64,000 nucleotides of DNA from Malacoraja senta (lineage: Eukaryota), in NCBI GenBank assembly GCA_038087875.1, contig CM075977.1:103044001-103108000 (forward strand), given 5' to 3'. This document shows, piece after piece, positions 39,786 to 50,290 of the stretch. The translations under genes and the position numbers were made by a program. The notes beneath the pieces were generated by a model, which saw nothing but the letters and a program-made list of their open reading frames with translations, ran no database searches and was not told where the DNA came from. Numbering within the stretch: the stretch's first letter is position 1; each line of letters opens with the position of its first letter.

Positions 39786-42700
39786 TGGTGTCAAAAAGTT
39801 GAACCCTGCGTCTCCTGTTTATCGGGTTTGTTTTCTTTTCTCCAAGTTTTTATTTTTCCTTTCAAACCCTTTATGTACTATGGCCAGCTCGTGTCGTAAG
39901 CCTGACATTCTGGTGTTTGACTCCGACATCGTTCACCGGTGGACTGTCTTCCGGCGCGACTTCCAGCACTATGTCGCCATCGCTCATCCTAATGTTACCC
40001 CTGCGGTTACAGCACATCTGCTCCTCAACCTGGCTGGCCCGGAGGCCATGGAACATTTTGAATCTTTCGAGTACGCCGATGGTGAGCATGCAGAGGACCC
40101 GATATGTCTCACCAATAAATTTGCCGCGCTGTGTGACATTCCCACCAATTGCATTATAGAGCGGTTCAAGTTTTTCAGCAGGCGCCAGAAACCCGGGGAG
40201 CACATCGACACTTTCATTGCCTCGTTGCGTCACCTGGCTCGGCGTTGCCGCCTGGACACGTTGACCCCCGACCAAATGGTCAGAGATGTCCTAGTTCACG
40301 GTCTACAGGACGTGAAGCTACGGGCAGAGCTTCTGAGAAAGCCGGACCTCACTTTAAACGACGCTTTGCATGCCTCTCGCATGGCTGCTGCTGTCGACTC
40401 CGTATCTCCCCCTGAGGCTCAAGACATTAACTATGCCGGTGCTGCTGAACGCCCGCGGCGCGATGGCCCGCCACGCCAGCGTAGCACTCCCGCGCCCGCG
40501 AGGGCTAACCCTCGTCGATGCCCAAACTGCAACTTTGTCAGTCATCAATTTAATGTTTGCCCTGCGCTGGGTAAGACTTGTAATTTTTGTAAGAAGCTTA
40601 ATCACTTCTCCGCAGTGTGCCGTTCCAGGGGCCAGCCTGTCTCTGCTCAGAGAAAGAGTCTACACAACCTGACTGCTACTGATAGTGTTTATGGCTCCGA
40701 ATACCTTTCAGTCGAACTCCCTGATTCTGATAACAGCTCCTCCCATGATGAATCGCTTGTTTTTTCAGTCTTGGGTGCACATGCTTTGATAGCTGATCCA
40801 TCAGTTAGAGTTACTGTGAATGGAATGACCTTTACTGCCAAGGTAGACACGGGGGCGTTTGCGAACGTTATGTCGTTAAGCCTCTTTCAGCAGATAAGAT
40901 CTGGTGAGAACATTACTGCTGATGACTCCCGCCTCCATGCATATGGGGGGAGCATGCTATTCCCGGTCGGCAAGGCCACCCTTATCTGCACAGTTCTGAA
41001 GGCCTCTCGGCTCCTCTCTTTCCTCCTGCTGGAATCTGAGAATGTTACTCTGTTGGGCGCCAGTGCGTGCCAGGACCTCGGTTTGGTTTCCTTCCACCGC
41101 GATATCCACCTGGTGCAGACCCCCATGGATCCCATGTGCGAATACCCCGACCGTTTTGACGATGTATTGGGCAAACTACCCTGCAAGTACGAAATCGAGG
41201 TGGACCCGGAGGTCCATCCGGTCGTCCGCCCGGCTCACCGCGTCTCCTTTGCTATGAAGGACAGTGTGGAGTCGACTCTGCGCCAGATGGTGGCCATGGG
41301 CATCATCAAGGAGGTGAGCGATGCCACCCGGTGGGTCTCCACCATGGTCGTTGCTGCTAAGAAGGACAAGAGTGAGATTCGGATCTGTATAAACCCCAAG
41401 GACCTAAACCTTGCCATCAAGCGCCGGCACTACCCCATGCGAACGGTGGAGGATGTCACTGCAAAGGTTGGCCCAGCCACCGTATTCTCTGTCCTCGATG
41501 CCAAGAGCTCTTTCTGGCAGATTCCGCTGGATGAACGTTCATCTTTCTTGACCACATTTGGTACACCTTTCGGCAGGTTCCGTTTCCTCCGCATGCCTTT
41601 CGGGATCAATTCTGCCAGCGAGGTTTTCCAGCGCACCATGGAGCAGCTATTTGCAGGTCTGCCGTGTGCTATCATCGTCGATGACATCTTGGTGTACGGG
41701 AGGGACGTCGCTGAGCACGACCTCCACCTCCGCCAAGTCCTGGATCGGGCTCGGGAGATCAACCTCAAACTGAACCCCAAGAAGTGCCGCTTCCGCGTCC
41801 CAGAGGTCACCTACGTGGGCCACGTTTTTACGGCTGAGGGTCTGAAACCAGACCCGCAGAAGACAGCTGCGGTCTCTGGGATGCCAGCTCCGGTCAACGT
41901 GCCCAGCCTGCAGCGCTTCTTGGGCATGGTGAACTACCTGGGGAAATTCATTCCTGACCTCAGCGAGCTGAGTGCGCCCCTGGGGGAACTGACCAAGAAG
42001 GACACTGCCTGGGTTTGGTACCCGCTGCATCAGGCAGCCTTCGATGACTTGAAATCCCGGCTGGTTCGCACCCCCACTCTCAAGTTCTTCGACTTAAAGC
42101 GCCCCATCGTCCTCACCTGCGATGCCTCAAGTTTCGGTCTCGGTGCCGCCTGCCTGCAACTCTACGACCGCCTGCAACTACCTGTCTCCTACGCCTCCCG
42201 CACCATGACTCCAACCGAGCAACGCTACGCTCAGATCGAGAAGGAGCTCCTTGCCGTGGTGTTTGCCTGCTCGAAGTTCAAGGACTACATTCTGGGTAAC
42301 ACTTTCACTATTGAAACCGACCACCAGCCGCTGGTCACGATCTTGAACAAACCGATCCACGTGGCTTCTTCCCGTTTGCAGCGTATGATGCTGCAACTCC
42401 AACGCTTCACGTTTCAAATCGTTTACCAAAAGGGCAAGGACATGTTTGTGGCCGACACGCTGTCCCGCGCACCGCTGGCTTCTACTGCCCGCCACCCGTA
42501 CGAGTCATCCGACCTGATGGTGCTAAACGTCAACTTCGTGCCTTCCCGGCAGATGCAGTCCCTGATTCAGCACACTGCCAATGATCCTGCCCTGCAACAG
42601 CTTATAGACGTCATCCGTCGTGGCTGCCCTGACCGTCGCTCATCCTTGCCGGCTGGTGCTGCGCCCTACTTCCTAGTCCGGGATGAACTTGTGCTGCATG

Positions 42701-43307
42701 ACGGCGTGGTGGTGAAGGGCCACAAGGTTGTGGTGCCCGCTGCGCTGCGGGACCACTATTTCCAAACTGCCCACTGCGGCCATCCCGGATCCGATGCCAC
42801 CCTGTCCCAGGCCCAGAGCCAGTTTTATTGGCCCGGCATGGCACAGGACATCCGGGAGAGGGTCTCTGCCTGCTCAACCTGCAATACCCTCTCTCCACAT
42901 CAGCAACGCCAGCCACTCCTGCAACAGCCTGCCCCCGCCCTGGCGTGGATGGCGGTCGCTACGGACATATTTGAGTGGCGTGGCAAACATTTCCTGGTCC
43001 TTGTCGACTCCTACTCCAGCTGGTTCGAGATTGAGCGTCTGCGCTCCCTCACTTCTGCTGCGGTCATTGGAAAGCTTAAACGCCTCTTTGGGACCTTTGG
43101 CATTCCTGTGACTGTGCAGTCTGACAACGGGGGCCAGTTCTCGAGTGCTGAGTTCCGCGCCTTCGCCGCCGCCTACAACTTTCGCCACATCACCAGCAGC
43201 CCTGAATACCCGCAGAGCAACGGCCTTGCTGAGCGCGCTGTCCGCAGTGCCAAGGAACTGCTGGAACATTGTAGACTTTCGCATTCTGATTTTTATCTGG
43301 CTCTACA
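39577..43307 (+). mobile_element. Young Ty3/Gypsy retrotransposon lacking its 3' LTR, flanked by a GTTAA TSD
   Basis: LTR, PBS and an uninterrupted gag-pol. GTTAA at 39572-39576 and 43308-43312. Confidence 0.92.
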
Positions 43308-43332
43308 GTTAATGCTCTACGGTCAGCACTAA
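39880..43332 (+). CDS. Gypsy Gag-Pol polyprotein (Gag with two Cys/His knuckles, aspartic protease, RT, RNase H, C-terminally truncated integrase), about 1150 aa
   Basis: CPNCNFVSHQFNVC and CNFCKKLNHFSAVC; VDTGA; LDAKSSFWQ, RMPFG, IVDDIL; CDAS, EKE, TDH; HCGH..CSTC; DIF, SDNG, SNGLAER. Domain order PR-RT-RH-IN is Gypsy. First plausible ATG after the PBS. The last ~8 codons come from flanking DNA. Confidence 0.93.
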   Translation: MASSCRKPDILVFDSDIVHRWTVFRRDFQHYVAIAHPNVTPAVTAHLLLNLAGPEAMEHFESFEYADGEHAEDPICLTNKFAALCDIPTNCIIERFKFFSRRQKPGEHIDTFIASLRHLARRCRLDTLTPDQMVRDVLVHGLQDVKLRAELLRKPDLTLNDALHASRMAAAVDSVSPPEAQDINYAGAAERPRRDGPPRQRSTPAPARANPRRCPNCNFVSHQFNVCPALGKTCNFCKKLNHFSAVCRSRGQPVSAQRKSLHNLTATDSVYGSEYLSVELPDSDNSSSHDESLVFSVLGAHALIADPSVRVTVNGMTFTAKVDTGAFANVMSLSLFQQIRSGENITADDSRLHAYGGSMLFPVGKATLICTVLKASRLLSFLLLESENVTLLGASACQDLGLVSFHRDIHLVQTPMDPMCEYPDRFDDVLGKLPCKYEIEVDPEVHPVVRPAHRVSFAMKDSVESTLRQMVAMGIIKEVSDATRWVSTMVVAAKKDKSEIRICINPKDLNLAIKRRHYPMRTVEDVTAKVGPATVFSVLDAKSSFWQIPLDERSSFLTTFGTPFGRFRFLRMPFGINSASEVFQRTMEQLFAGLPCAIIVDDILVYGRDVAEHDLHLRQVLDRAREINLKLNPKKCRFRVPEVTYVGHVFTAEGLKPDPQKTAAVSGMPAPVNVPSLQRFLGMVNYLGKFIPDLSELSAPLGELTKKDTAWVWYPLHQAAFDDLKSRLVRTPTLKFFDLKRPIVLTCDASSFGLGAACLQLYDRLQLPVSYASRTMTPTEQRYAQIEKELLAVVFACSKFKDYILGNTFTIETDHQPLVTILNKPIHVASSRLQRMMLQLQRFTFQIVYQKGKDMFVADTLSRAPLASTARHPYESSDLMVLNVNFVPSRQMQSLIQHTANDPALQQLIDVIRRGCPDRRSSLPAGAAPYFLVRDELVLHDGVVVKGHKVVVPAALRDHYFQTAHCGHPGSDATLSQAQSQFYWPGMAQDIRERVSACSTCNTLSPHQQRQPLLQQPAPALAWMAVATDIFEWRGKHFLVLVDSYSSWFEIERLRSLTSAAVIGKLKRLFGTFGIPVTVQSDNGGQFSSAEFRAFAAAYNFRHITSSPEYPQSNGLAERAVRSAKELLEHCRLSHSDFYLALQLMLYGQH

Positions 43333-43799
43333 TTAACAGCCTAAAATAAAACCTAAAAGGGTGTGAGAAGAAAACTCAATGTCACTAAATCTGAAAATAA
43401 TTGTCCCAATCCGAGAAGGACTGTTCCTTAACTGAACCCAGGCATGTGTTCTGCTATTCCTTGTAAATAGGTTTGTAAAGAGTGCAGAGACACTGAGGAA
43501 AAAGCTCCTGGACTAACAATGATCAGCAAGAGGTGAATGCACTGGTTGAGGTAAACAAGCCAGAGTAGGAGGGGAAGCCATGTCATGAGAATCTAAAACT
43601 AGCAATGTGCAAAAGTGGATCTCTATTCAATTATTATTACCTATTTTTGATTCCGTTTTTAAAAATCAATAATAATGTAAAATATATATTTTCAGATAGA
43701 CCAGTGTATCATGACATAAATAATTTATTTGTCCATCTATTTTAGTTAACTATTTACAGTTGTTAATGTTATTAAATACAATCTGGCAGGCAAAACGTA

Positions 43800-44100
43800 T
43801 AGAAGTGTGAAAACGCACACCTCCAGATTCAGGGACAGTTTCTTCCCAGCTGTTATCAGGCAACAGAATCACCCTACCACAAACAGAGAGCAGTGATGAA
43901 CTACTATCTATTGGTGACCCTCAGACTCTCCCTGACCGGACTTTGCTGGTTCTACCTTGCACTAAACGTTATTCCCTTATCATGTATCTGTACACTGTAA
44001 ATGGCACGATTGTAATGGTATTGTCTTTCCGCTGACTGGATAGCACACAACACATGTTTTTCACTGTACCTTGATACACGCGACAATAAACTAAACTGAA
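43800..44100 (+). mobile_element. Rex1/Babar 3' end
   Basis: KTHTSRFRDSFFPAVIR, then TTTCACTGTACC..GACAATAAACTAAACT. Confidence 0.8.
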
Positions 44101-44489
44101 ATACTGCATATCAATTAAGCTCAGAGGAATATATTTTAGCAGTAAACCCGCAGCTTGGATATGGATCGATGTGCTTGAAAACCCAGGATCGATGTTTCTG
44201 ATGTCTGATGTCTCTGACTCTGCTCTTATTACCAGCGCCAGAAGCAGCGGAAAAGATTGGAGCATCATCGGAATGAATCCAGTATTGTATAACTTCTCTT
44301 GACAAGTATACAAACGTTCTCGGAAAGCGGTTACCGAATCTAAAGCTGTATCTGAGAGTGCTCATGATATCTGTTCCGCTGCTCCACAAAAGGTTGCCTT
44401 CCGTGTTTCAACAGCTTGCTTTTCCGTGCGCCACCTATTCACACAGTTGCACAGAGCAGAATCAAATGCAACCAACTTAATATTGAAGA

Positions 44490-44660
44490 TATTGAAGACG
44501 CAAGAGGCTGGAGTAACTCAGCGGGACAGGCGGCACCTCTGGAGAGAAGGAATGGGTGACGTTTCGGGTCGAGGCCCTTCATCCGCCTGTCCCGCTGAGT
44601 TACTCCAGCGTTGTGTGTCTATCTTCGGATTAAACCAGCATGTGCAGTTCCTTCCTACGC
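44490..44660. mobile_element. Penelope pLTR fold-back
   Basis: GCTGGAGTAACTCAGCGGGACAGGC is inverted as GCCTGTCCCGCTGAGTTACTCCAGC. Confidence 0.75.
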
Positions 44661-45194
44661 AACCAACATTTGTGTGTATCCACTACTGGGAAGCGCTTGC
44701 AGTCTCTCGCATACCGGGAGGAGCCACGTCAACTCTGGCCGCGGAGATCATTCAACTCGAGTTGGTCTGACCCTTGCCACGCAAAGAGGAAATTGGCTCA
44801 GACTGTGAGTGTGTCGAAAGCAACAGGTCAGAGAGGTTGCCAGATGTCCGCCGCAGTTTATCTGAAGCAGTGCGGCCGGATAAAATGTCACCCCGTCGGC
44901 AGGGAGCATTATATGAGCCCTGCGTTGTTGTGAAAATACTATTGTCCGATGAACAGAAACATTCCGTAATCAACGTCTCGACTCGAGTTGGTCTGACTCT
45001 TGCCACTTGTAGACGCAAGGTGCTGGTTTTCAAAAATAAAAGCCACAAAGTGCTGGAGTAACTCAACGGGCCTTATACTGCTTGTCTGGAGAATGTTATA
45101 GTAGAGAACGGCAGGAGCGAGTCAGGCGGGTCAGGCAGCATCTCCGGATAAAAGGGACGTGACGTTTTGGGTCAGTTATCTTCTTCAGTGATTG

Positions 45195-45307
45195 CAGTAG
45201 GGGAGAGTGGGAGGGGGGTGGGGTGGGGTGGTCAGTAGGGGAGAGTGGGAGGGGGTGGGGTGGGGTGGTCAGTAGGGGAGAGTGGGAGGGGGGTGGGGTG
45301 GGGTGGT
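45195..45307 (+). repeat. G-rich minisatellite, 3 x ~37 bp
   Basis: CAGTAGGGGAGAGTGGGAGGGGGTGGGGTGGGGTGGT repeated three times. Confidence 0.9.
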
Positions 45308-45474
45308 TCTCTGTACAACATGGATAGACAACGTTTTGGGCCAGACTGGTTGTAGCAGGGGGCAGAAAGTTGGATTTTACAACTTACCAAATCCAAGTAA
45401 TCTACAAACCTGTATATCTTTGGGGTGTGCGAGGAAACCGGTGCGCCCGGAGAAAACCCACGCGGTCACAGGGA

Positions 45475-45600
45475 GGTGGGAAGGCGGGTTAAAATGATCA
45501 ACAACTGGGAGATGCACTGGGCCTCAGTGGACCCAGCACAAGTGTTCGGCGAAACGGTCGCCAGCCTACGCTTGGTCTCGCCGATGTGCAGGAGGCTACA
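45475..45600 (-). mobile_element. Penelope GIY-YIG endonuclease fragment
   Basis: Minus strand reads CSLLHIGETKRRL, then DRFAEHL after a frameshift. Confidence 0.75.
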
Positions 45601-45842
45601 GATACAGTTACGTGAGGGGGCATTCCTTCATAACTTAGGCGACCATCAGCTACTTCCCGGTGACATTTATAAAAGACAGGCCAGAATAAGATGCAGGGTT
45701 ACCGTAGAGGGAGAAAATAAACCTCATAATCCATTTGGTGCAACTGCACAATTCAGCAATACTGTGGGGACCTGTTCATTGACTACAAGTAATACAATGA
45801 AGGGCGATACATAGATCTGCAAATATGAATGAACTGAAGATT

Positions 45843-45975
45843 GTCTGAAGAACGGTCTCGACCCGAAACGTCACCTATTACTTTTTCCCAGAGATACTGT
45901 CTGACCCGCTGAGTTACTCCAGCTTTTTGCGTCTATCTTCAGTTTAAACCAGCATCTGCAGTTCCTTCCTACACG
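45843..45975 (+). mobile_element. Penelope pLTR fragment with a hammerhead-like core
   Basis: GTCTGAAGAACGGTCTCGACCCGAAACGTCACC followed by the family tail CCAGCATCTGCAGTTCCTTCCTACAC. Confidence 0.75.
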
Positions 45976-46000
45976 TTATCAATGAACTATTGGGTTGGGA

Positions 46001-46402
46001 CTTCTCCGTGGATTGTCCCCTTGTCGTGGTGGAGAAGCTTGTGTGGACCTGAGATCCTGAGAGCGATGCCGTCTGGAGCTGTGCTCCTGGTAGGGCCACC
46101 CATGGCGGTAAGGTCGAGGGGGAATTCCCTGACAAAGAGCAATCCAACCAAGACCTCAACGGTGGAACCGGCGGAGGACGATGGTTGACCTTAGTGGAGC
46201 GTCACAACGGCTAGGAAGGCGGATGAAGGCTGCAGCAGAAAAGGGTCTCCGGTCGTTTTGGGCTCCATGCCACTGGATCCTGACCCAGATCTGTCAAGGA
46301 CCGTGGGGTGGCTGTCTGTGCACCAGTCTCCCCACGTTAAACAGTCACGCACAGACGTCCCCATAAAGGGAATAGCACCCTGTAGACACCCATGGTCAGC
46401 AG
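46001..46402. mobile_element. ~400-bp RTE-5'UTR-like insert, second copy, with 12-bp TSD
   Basis: ATTGGGTTGGGA at 45989-46000 and 46403-46414. Homologous to 16415-16839. Confidence 0.78.
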
Positions 46403-47437
46403 ATTGGGTTGGGACACAAGCACGAACTTGGGTGAGTGGCAACGCGCGTCAAAGGATGGCGAGGAGGTACTTCACAGAACTGTCTGCACAATAATCACTC
46501 CTTTTAAGACAATCAGCACACAAGGCCGTCGAATAATGGACGATGGTTGCTCAGAATGCGCTGCTTCATTTGAAAAGACCATTTATCGAACCAATAGATG
46601 AGAGGATGAGGGAAAAGTGATAATTGTACCAAATCATCGACTCCTCCGGCAAATTCAAACTTCAACACAATACGTTTGTTTGTTCACCACTTGCTAGTCC
46701 CGAGTATGAGATTTCCGTGTGTAATGACAGTGGGCTTGATGGCTTCCCTGAACTGGCATTAGATCCATTCATATCAATGTATGAGAGAGGCTCATGTTAC
46801 GATGCCGACCACTTTAGTTGGGCGCATTTAAACATAATTTGGCCCCACATCTTTCTGCGTGGTACCTGATGCACTACATCAAAAGGGATCTGTTTGATGG
46901 CACGTTTTTGCTTACATGCTGTTTTCAAGCCATAAGCCATCTGTTGAAAACAGCGGGAATAGGAGGGCATTCTTCCCGTCATATCCAGAATAAGCAGGTT
47001 GGTTCTTTAATGTTACCTCCGGCTGACTTCCCAATGCCCGACGTCTGCAGGACTCCTGAATGAAGATGGGTCTTGTATTTATGAGCACGCCTGCTCACCA
47101 AAGGCGATCAAGGATGATCAGAGAATGAAACCATGTGGATTTTACTAAGAGCCTCATCAAGGTGCGCGTCAAACATGAAACGGGACTGTTCCCTTCATCT
47201 CCTGGATGTAATGCAAACTGTACAACATTGCTGGCGTTTCCCGCCAGCGAAAGTCGACATTAAACAGCAGCGGGCTTTTAGAAATAAATCTAAGGCAGCA
47301 AACATTATTACATTTTTTAGCTCTGCTCCTTAATGTAGGATGCAGTAATATGCATCTCACCCCCTGTTCCTTCCTCTAATATTCACCCAATACACTGATG
47401 TGGAGACATGGATTAAGTGTCCCGGCTTGTACCATCG

Positions 47438-47750
47438 TTTAGTTTAGTTTACAGATACAGCGCGGAAACGGGACATTCAGCCCATCCGCACCGACCAGCG
47501 ATCCCCGCACATTAACACTATCCACACACACACACACACACACACAAACGGGACAATTTACAATGTTACCAAGCCAATCAGCGTACAAACCTTTGCGTCT
47601 TTGGAGTGTAGGAGGAAACCGGAGCACCCGGAGAAAACCCACGCAGGCCACGGGGAGAACGTACGAACTCCGTACACCCGTAGCCAGGATGGAACCTGGG
47701 TCTCTGGCGCTGTGAGGCAGCAACTCTACCGCTGCGCCACCGTGCCACCC
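47438..47750 (-). mobile_element. tRNA-derived SINE, well preserved, with internal (CA)n
   Basis: Head GTGGCACGGTGGCGCAGCGGTAGAG. CpGs retained. Confidence 0.88.
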
Positions 47751-48967
47751 CCGTTTGCTTTGAGAAATCTGAATTGCGTATCTTCAAATAAATTTAATGA
47801 AATGATAATGTAACTAACCCCCCTGGTTAAGCGACAAGTTGATGGATTCAGAGGCAGAGGTTAGCTCTTCATTTAATCTGTCCCATCATTCGAATGCAGC
47901 AATAAACTAGGCAGATCAAATGAGGACCCCTGTAGATAATCACCAACCTTATATAAAAATATAACGCCGGATTAATATACAATTAAAAAAATGGCAACAA
48001 CTTTAACCAAACCGATGTAACATTGGTTACTGATATCCCAAAACTGTCAAATATGTCAGGAACAAGAGGTCGCCAAGGAAATGAGATGGGGAGTAGTATA
48101 GTTAGGTTCAGAGATGCTACATGGAAACTGAGACTTCGGCCCACCGTCCGACCAACGATCACCCTTACACAGGTCCTGTCCTCCACGCTCGGGACAATTT
48201 ACAGAAGCCAATTAACCTACAAACATGCACATCTTTTGAAATATGGGTGGAAACCAGAGCACTTGTAGAAAACCCACGCGGTCACAGAGAGGAGGTATAA
48301 ACCTCGTACAGACAGCACCCGTAGTCAAATTTCTAACTCGGGTCTCTGGCGCTGTATCGCTGCGCCAACTGGAAACATCTTGGTGGACATGACGCGTATT
48401 TGGCGAAACGGTAGCCCAGTCTACGCTTGGTCTGGCCAATGCAAAATAGACCACAGTTGGAGGACCGAAAGGAATAAGCAAGGTTGGAAGAAATGCAACT
48501 GGACTTACGTCCCAGATGGTCTGGTTGCTGAGATCCCTAGATGGAAGTGAGAGAGAAGGCAAATGCAGGGGAATATGACGCGGTTGCAGGGGAAAGTGAC
48601 AAAAATAGGGATTGGAGGGAAGGGATTTGCGAGCCAAGAAGTTGTGGAGAGAATGATCTCTTATGGAAAGTCGAAAAGGGTGGGAATAGAAGATGTGATT
48701 AGTGACGTGACTAGTGATAACAGATGAGGACCAGGGAAACGATCCTTATTCTATCGGGGGAGAGCGAGCAAGAACAGAACTACGCGATATCCAGGGGGGC
48801 ATGGGTGGGGACTCCATCTACATCAGCAGGAAGTGAAATCGTATTTACTGAAAAAAAGAGAACATCTCATATGTTTTAAGGTGACAAGCCTCATCTGAGA
48901 GAAAATGGCACAAAGACAGATATTTGAGAGCAAGTAATATTGTCCTTGCAGGAGATGGGATGATTTA

Positions 48968-49163
48968 AGGTGGACCCAAAATGCTGGAATAACTCAGTGG
49001 GACAAGCAGCATCTCTGGAGAGAAGGAATGGGTGACGTTTCAGGTCGAGACCCTTCTTCAGACCAATTCCTTCTCTCCAGAGATGCTGCCTGTTCCGCTG
49101 AGTTACTCCAGCATTTTGGGTCTACCTTCGATTTAAACCAGAATCTGCAGTTCTTTCCTGCAC
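48968..49163. mobile_element. Penelope pLTR fold-back with 15-bp TSD
   Basis: About 60-bp inverted arms. AGATGGG(A/G)TGATTTA at 48953-48967 and 49164-49178. Confidence 0.8.
49032..49063 (-). ncRNA. Minimal hammerhead ribozyme motif (Penelope type)
   Basis: Minus strand GU-CUGAAGA-A-GGGU-CUCG-ACCU-GAAA-CGUC-AC: conserved core boxes, stem II and a palindromic ACGU stem III. Activity untested. Confidence 0.65.
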
Positions 49164-49642
49164 AGATGGGGTGATTTAGTCAAGTTAGCTGTAGGAGTCC
49201 ATGGGTTTATATCATATGTCAGTCTGTCCCCAGTGGTGGAGAATGAGAGATAAGGAAAGGGAGAGAGTTGTCAGAATTTGAGGGCAGGGTGGAAATTAGT
49301 ACTAAAGTTGATGAAATCAATTAATTGTGCACGGGTGTAGGAGGCAGCCCTGATGCAGTAATTGTCTCGGTGGAGAAATAGTTGGGAAATGGTGCTAGGG
49401 TATATTTGGCATAAAAGTTTTCAACGTAACCAATGGAAAGACAGGCGTAGCTGGGGCCCATGTGAATGTCCATGCCTGCACCATTGACATGAAGAAAGTT
49501 AGTAGTCAAAATAGAAAAAAAATGAGGATTGAAGTTATGGAAAGTGATAACCAAAATAAGTAAAAATCAATGACAGTTCAGAAGATGGTGGCTTGAGTTT
49601 CGTCCATGGATTGTTGCCAAGGGGTAGGCATGAAGAGGTATC

Positions 49643-49724
49643 TAAAAGCTGATGCCTGGCCTCAGCACGGTAAAAGCTGATGCCTGGCTTCAGCACGGTA
49701 AAAGCTGATGCCTGGCCTCAGCAA
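49643..49724. repeat. 28-bp tandem triplication
   Basis: TAAAAGCTGATGCCTGGCCTCAGCACGG repeated about three times. Confidence 0.9.
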
Positions 49725-49899
49725 GGTAGAGTTCAATTCTCCAGACTACAAGGTCACCTCCTTTCTCAGCGGGTTTTAATGACAATTTGGGATTGTTACC
49801 GAGTGAACGAGCATATGGCTGCTCGTTCAGAGGGGATGGGATTGGAGTGGGGAAGTTAGGTGGAGAAGTTGAGATGGTCGATGTTGTGGTAGCAAAATA

Positions 49900-50290
49900 A
49901 GATCGAAACATATAAGATCATCAAGGGTTTCACACGCTAGAGGCAGGAAACATGTTCCCAATGTTGGGGGGGGGGGGGGTGTCCAGAACCAGGGGCCACA
50001 GTTTAAGAATAATGGGTACGCCATTTAGAACGGAGATGAGGAAAAACTTTTTCACACAGAGAGTTGTGAGTCTGTGGAATTCTCTGCCTCAGAAGGCGGT
50101 GGAGGCCGGTTCTCTGGATACTTTCAAGAGAGAGATAGATAGAGTTAAAGATAGCGGAGTCAGGGGATATGGGGAGAAGGCAGGAACGGGGTACTGATTG
50201 GGGATGATCAGCCATGATCATATTGAATGGCGGAGCTGGCTCGAAAGGCCGAATGGCCTACTCCTGCACCTATTGTCTATTATCTATAAT
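49900..50290 (+). mobile_element. CR1 3' fragment nested in the Penelope element
   Basis: FFTQRVVSLWNSLPQ and the family 3' UTR. Confidence 0.9.

Noticed and set aside
39766-39879. N-terminal 38 aa of the 1188-aa ORF
   Set aside because: Starts at a GTG inside the LTR and crosses the PBS. Gag homology begins at ATG 39880.
39880-43332. Domesticated retrotransposon-derived host gene
   Set aside because: LTR, PBS, TSD and high CpG content are all retained, which indicates a recent insertion. The sequence alone gives no evidence of domestication.
49643-49724. CRISPR-like array
   Set aside because: Head-to-tail tandem repeat with no spacers, inside a Penelope RT remnant in vertebrate DNA.
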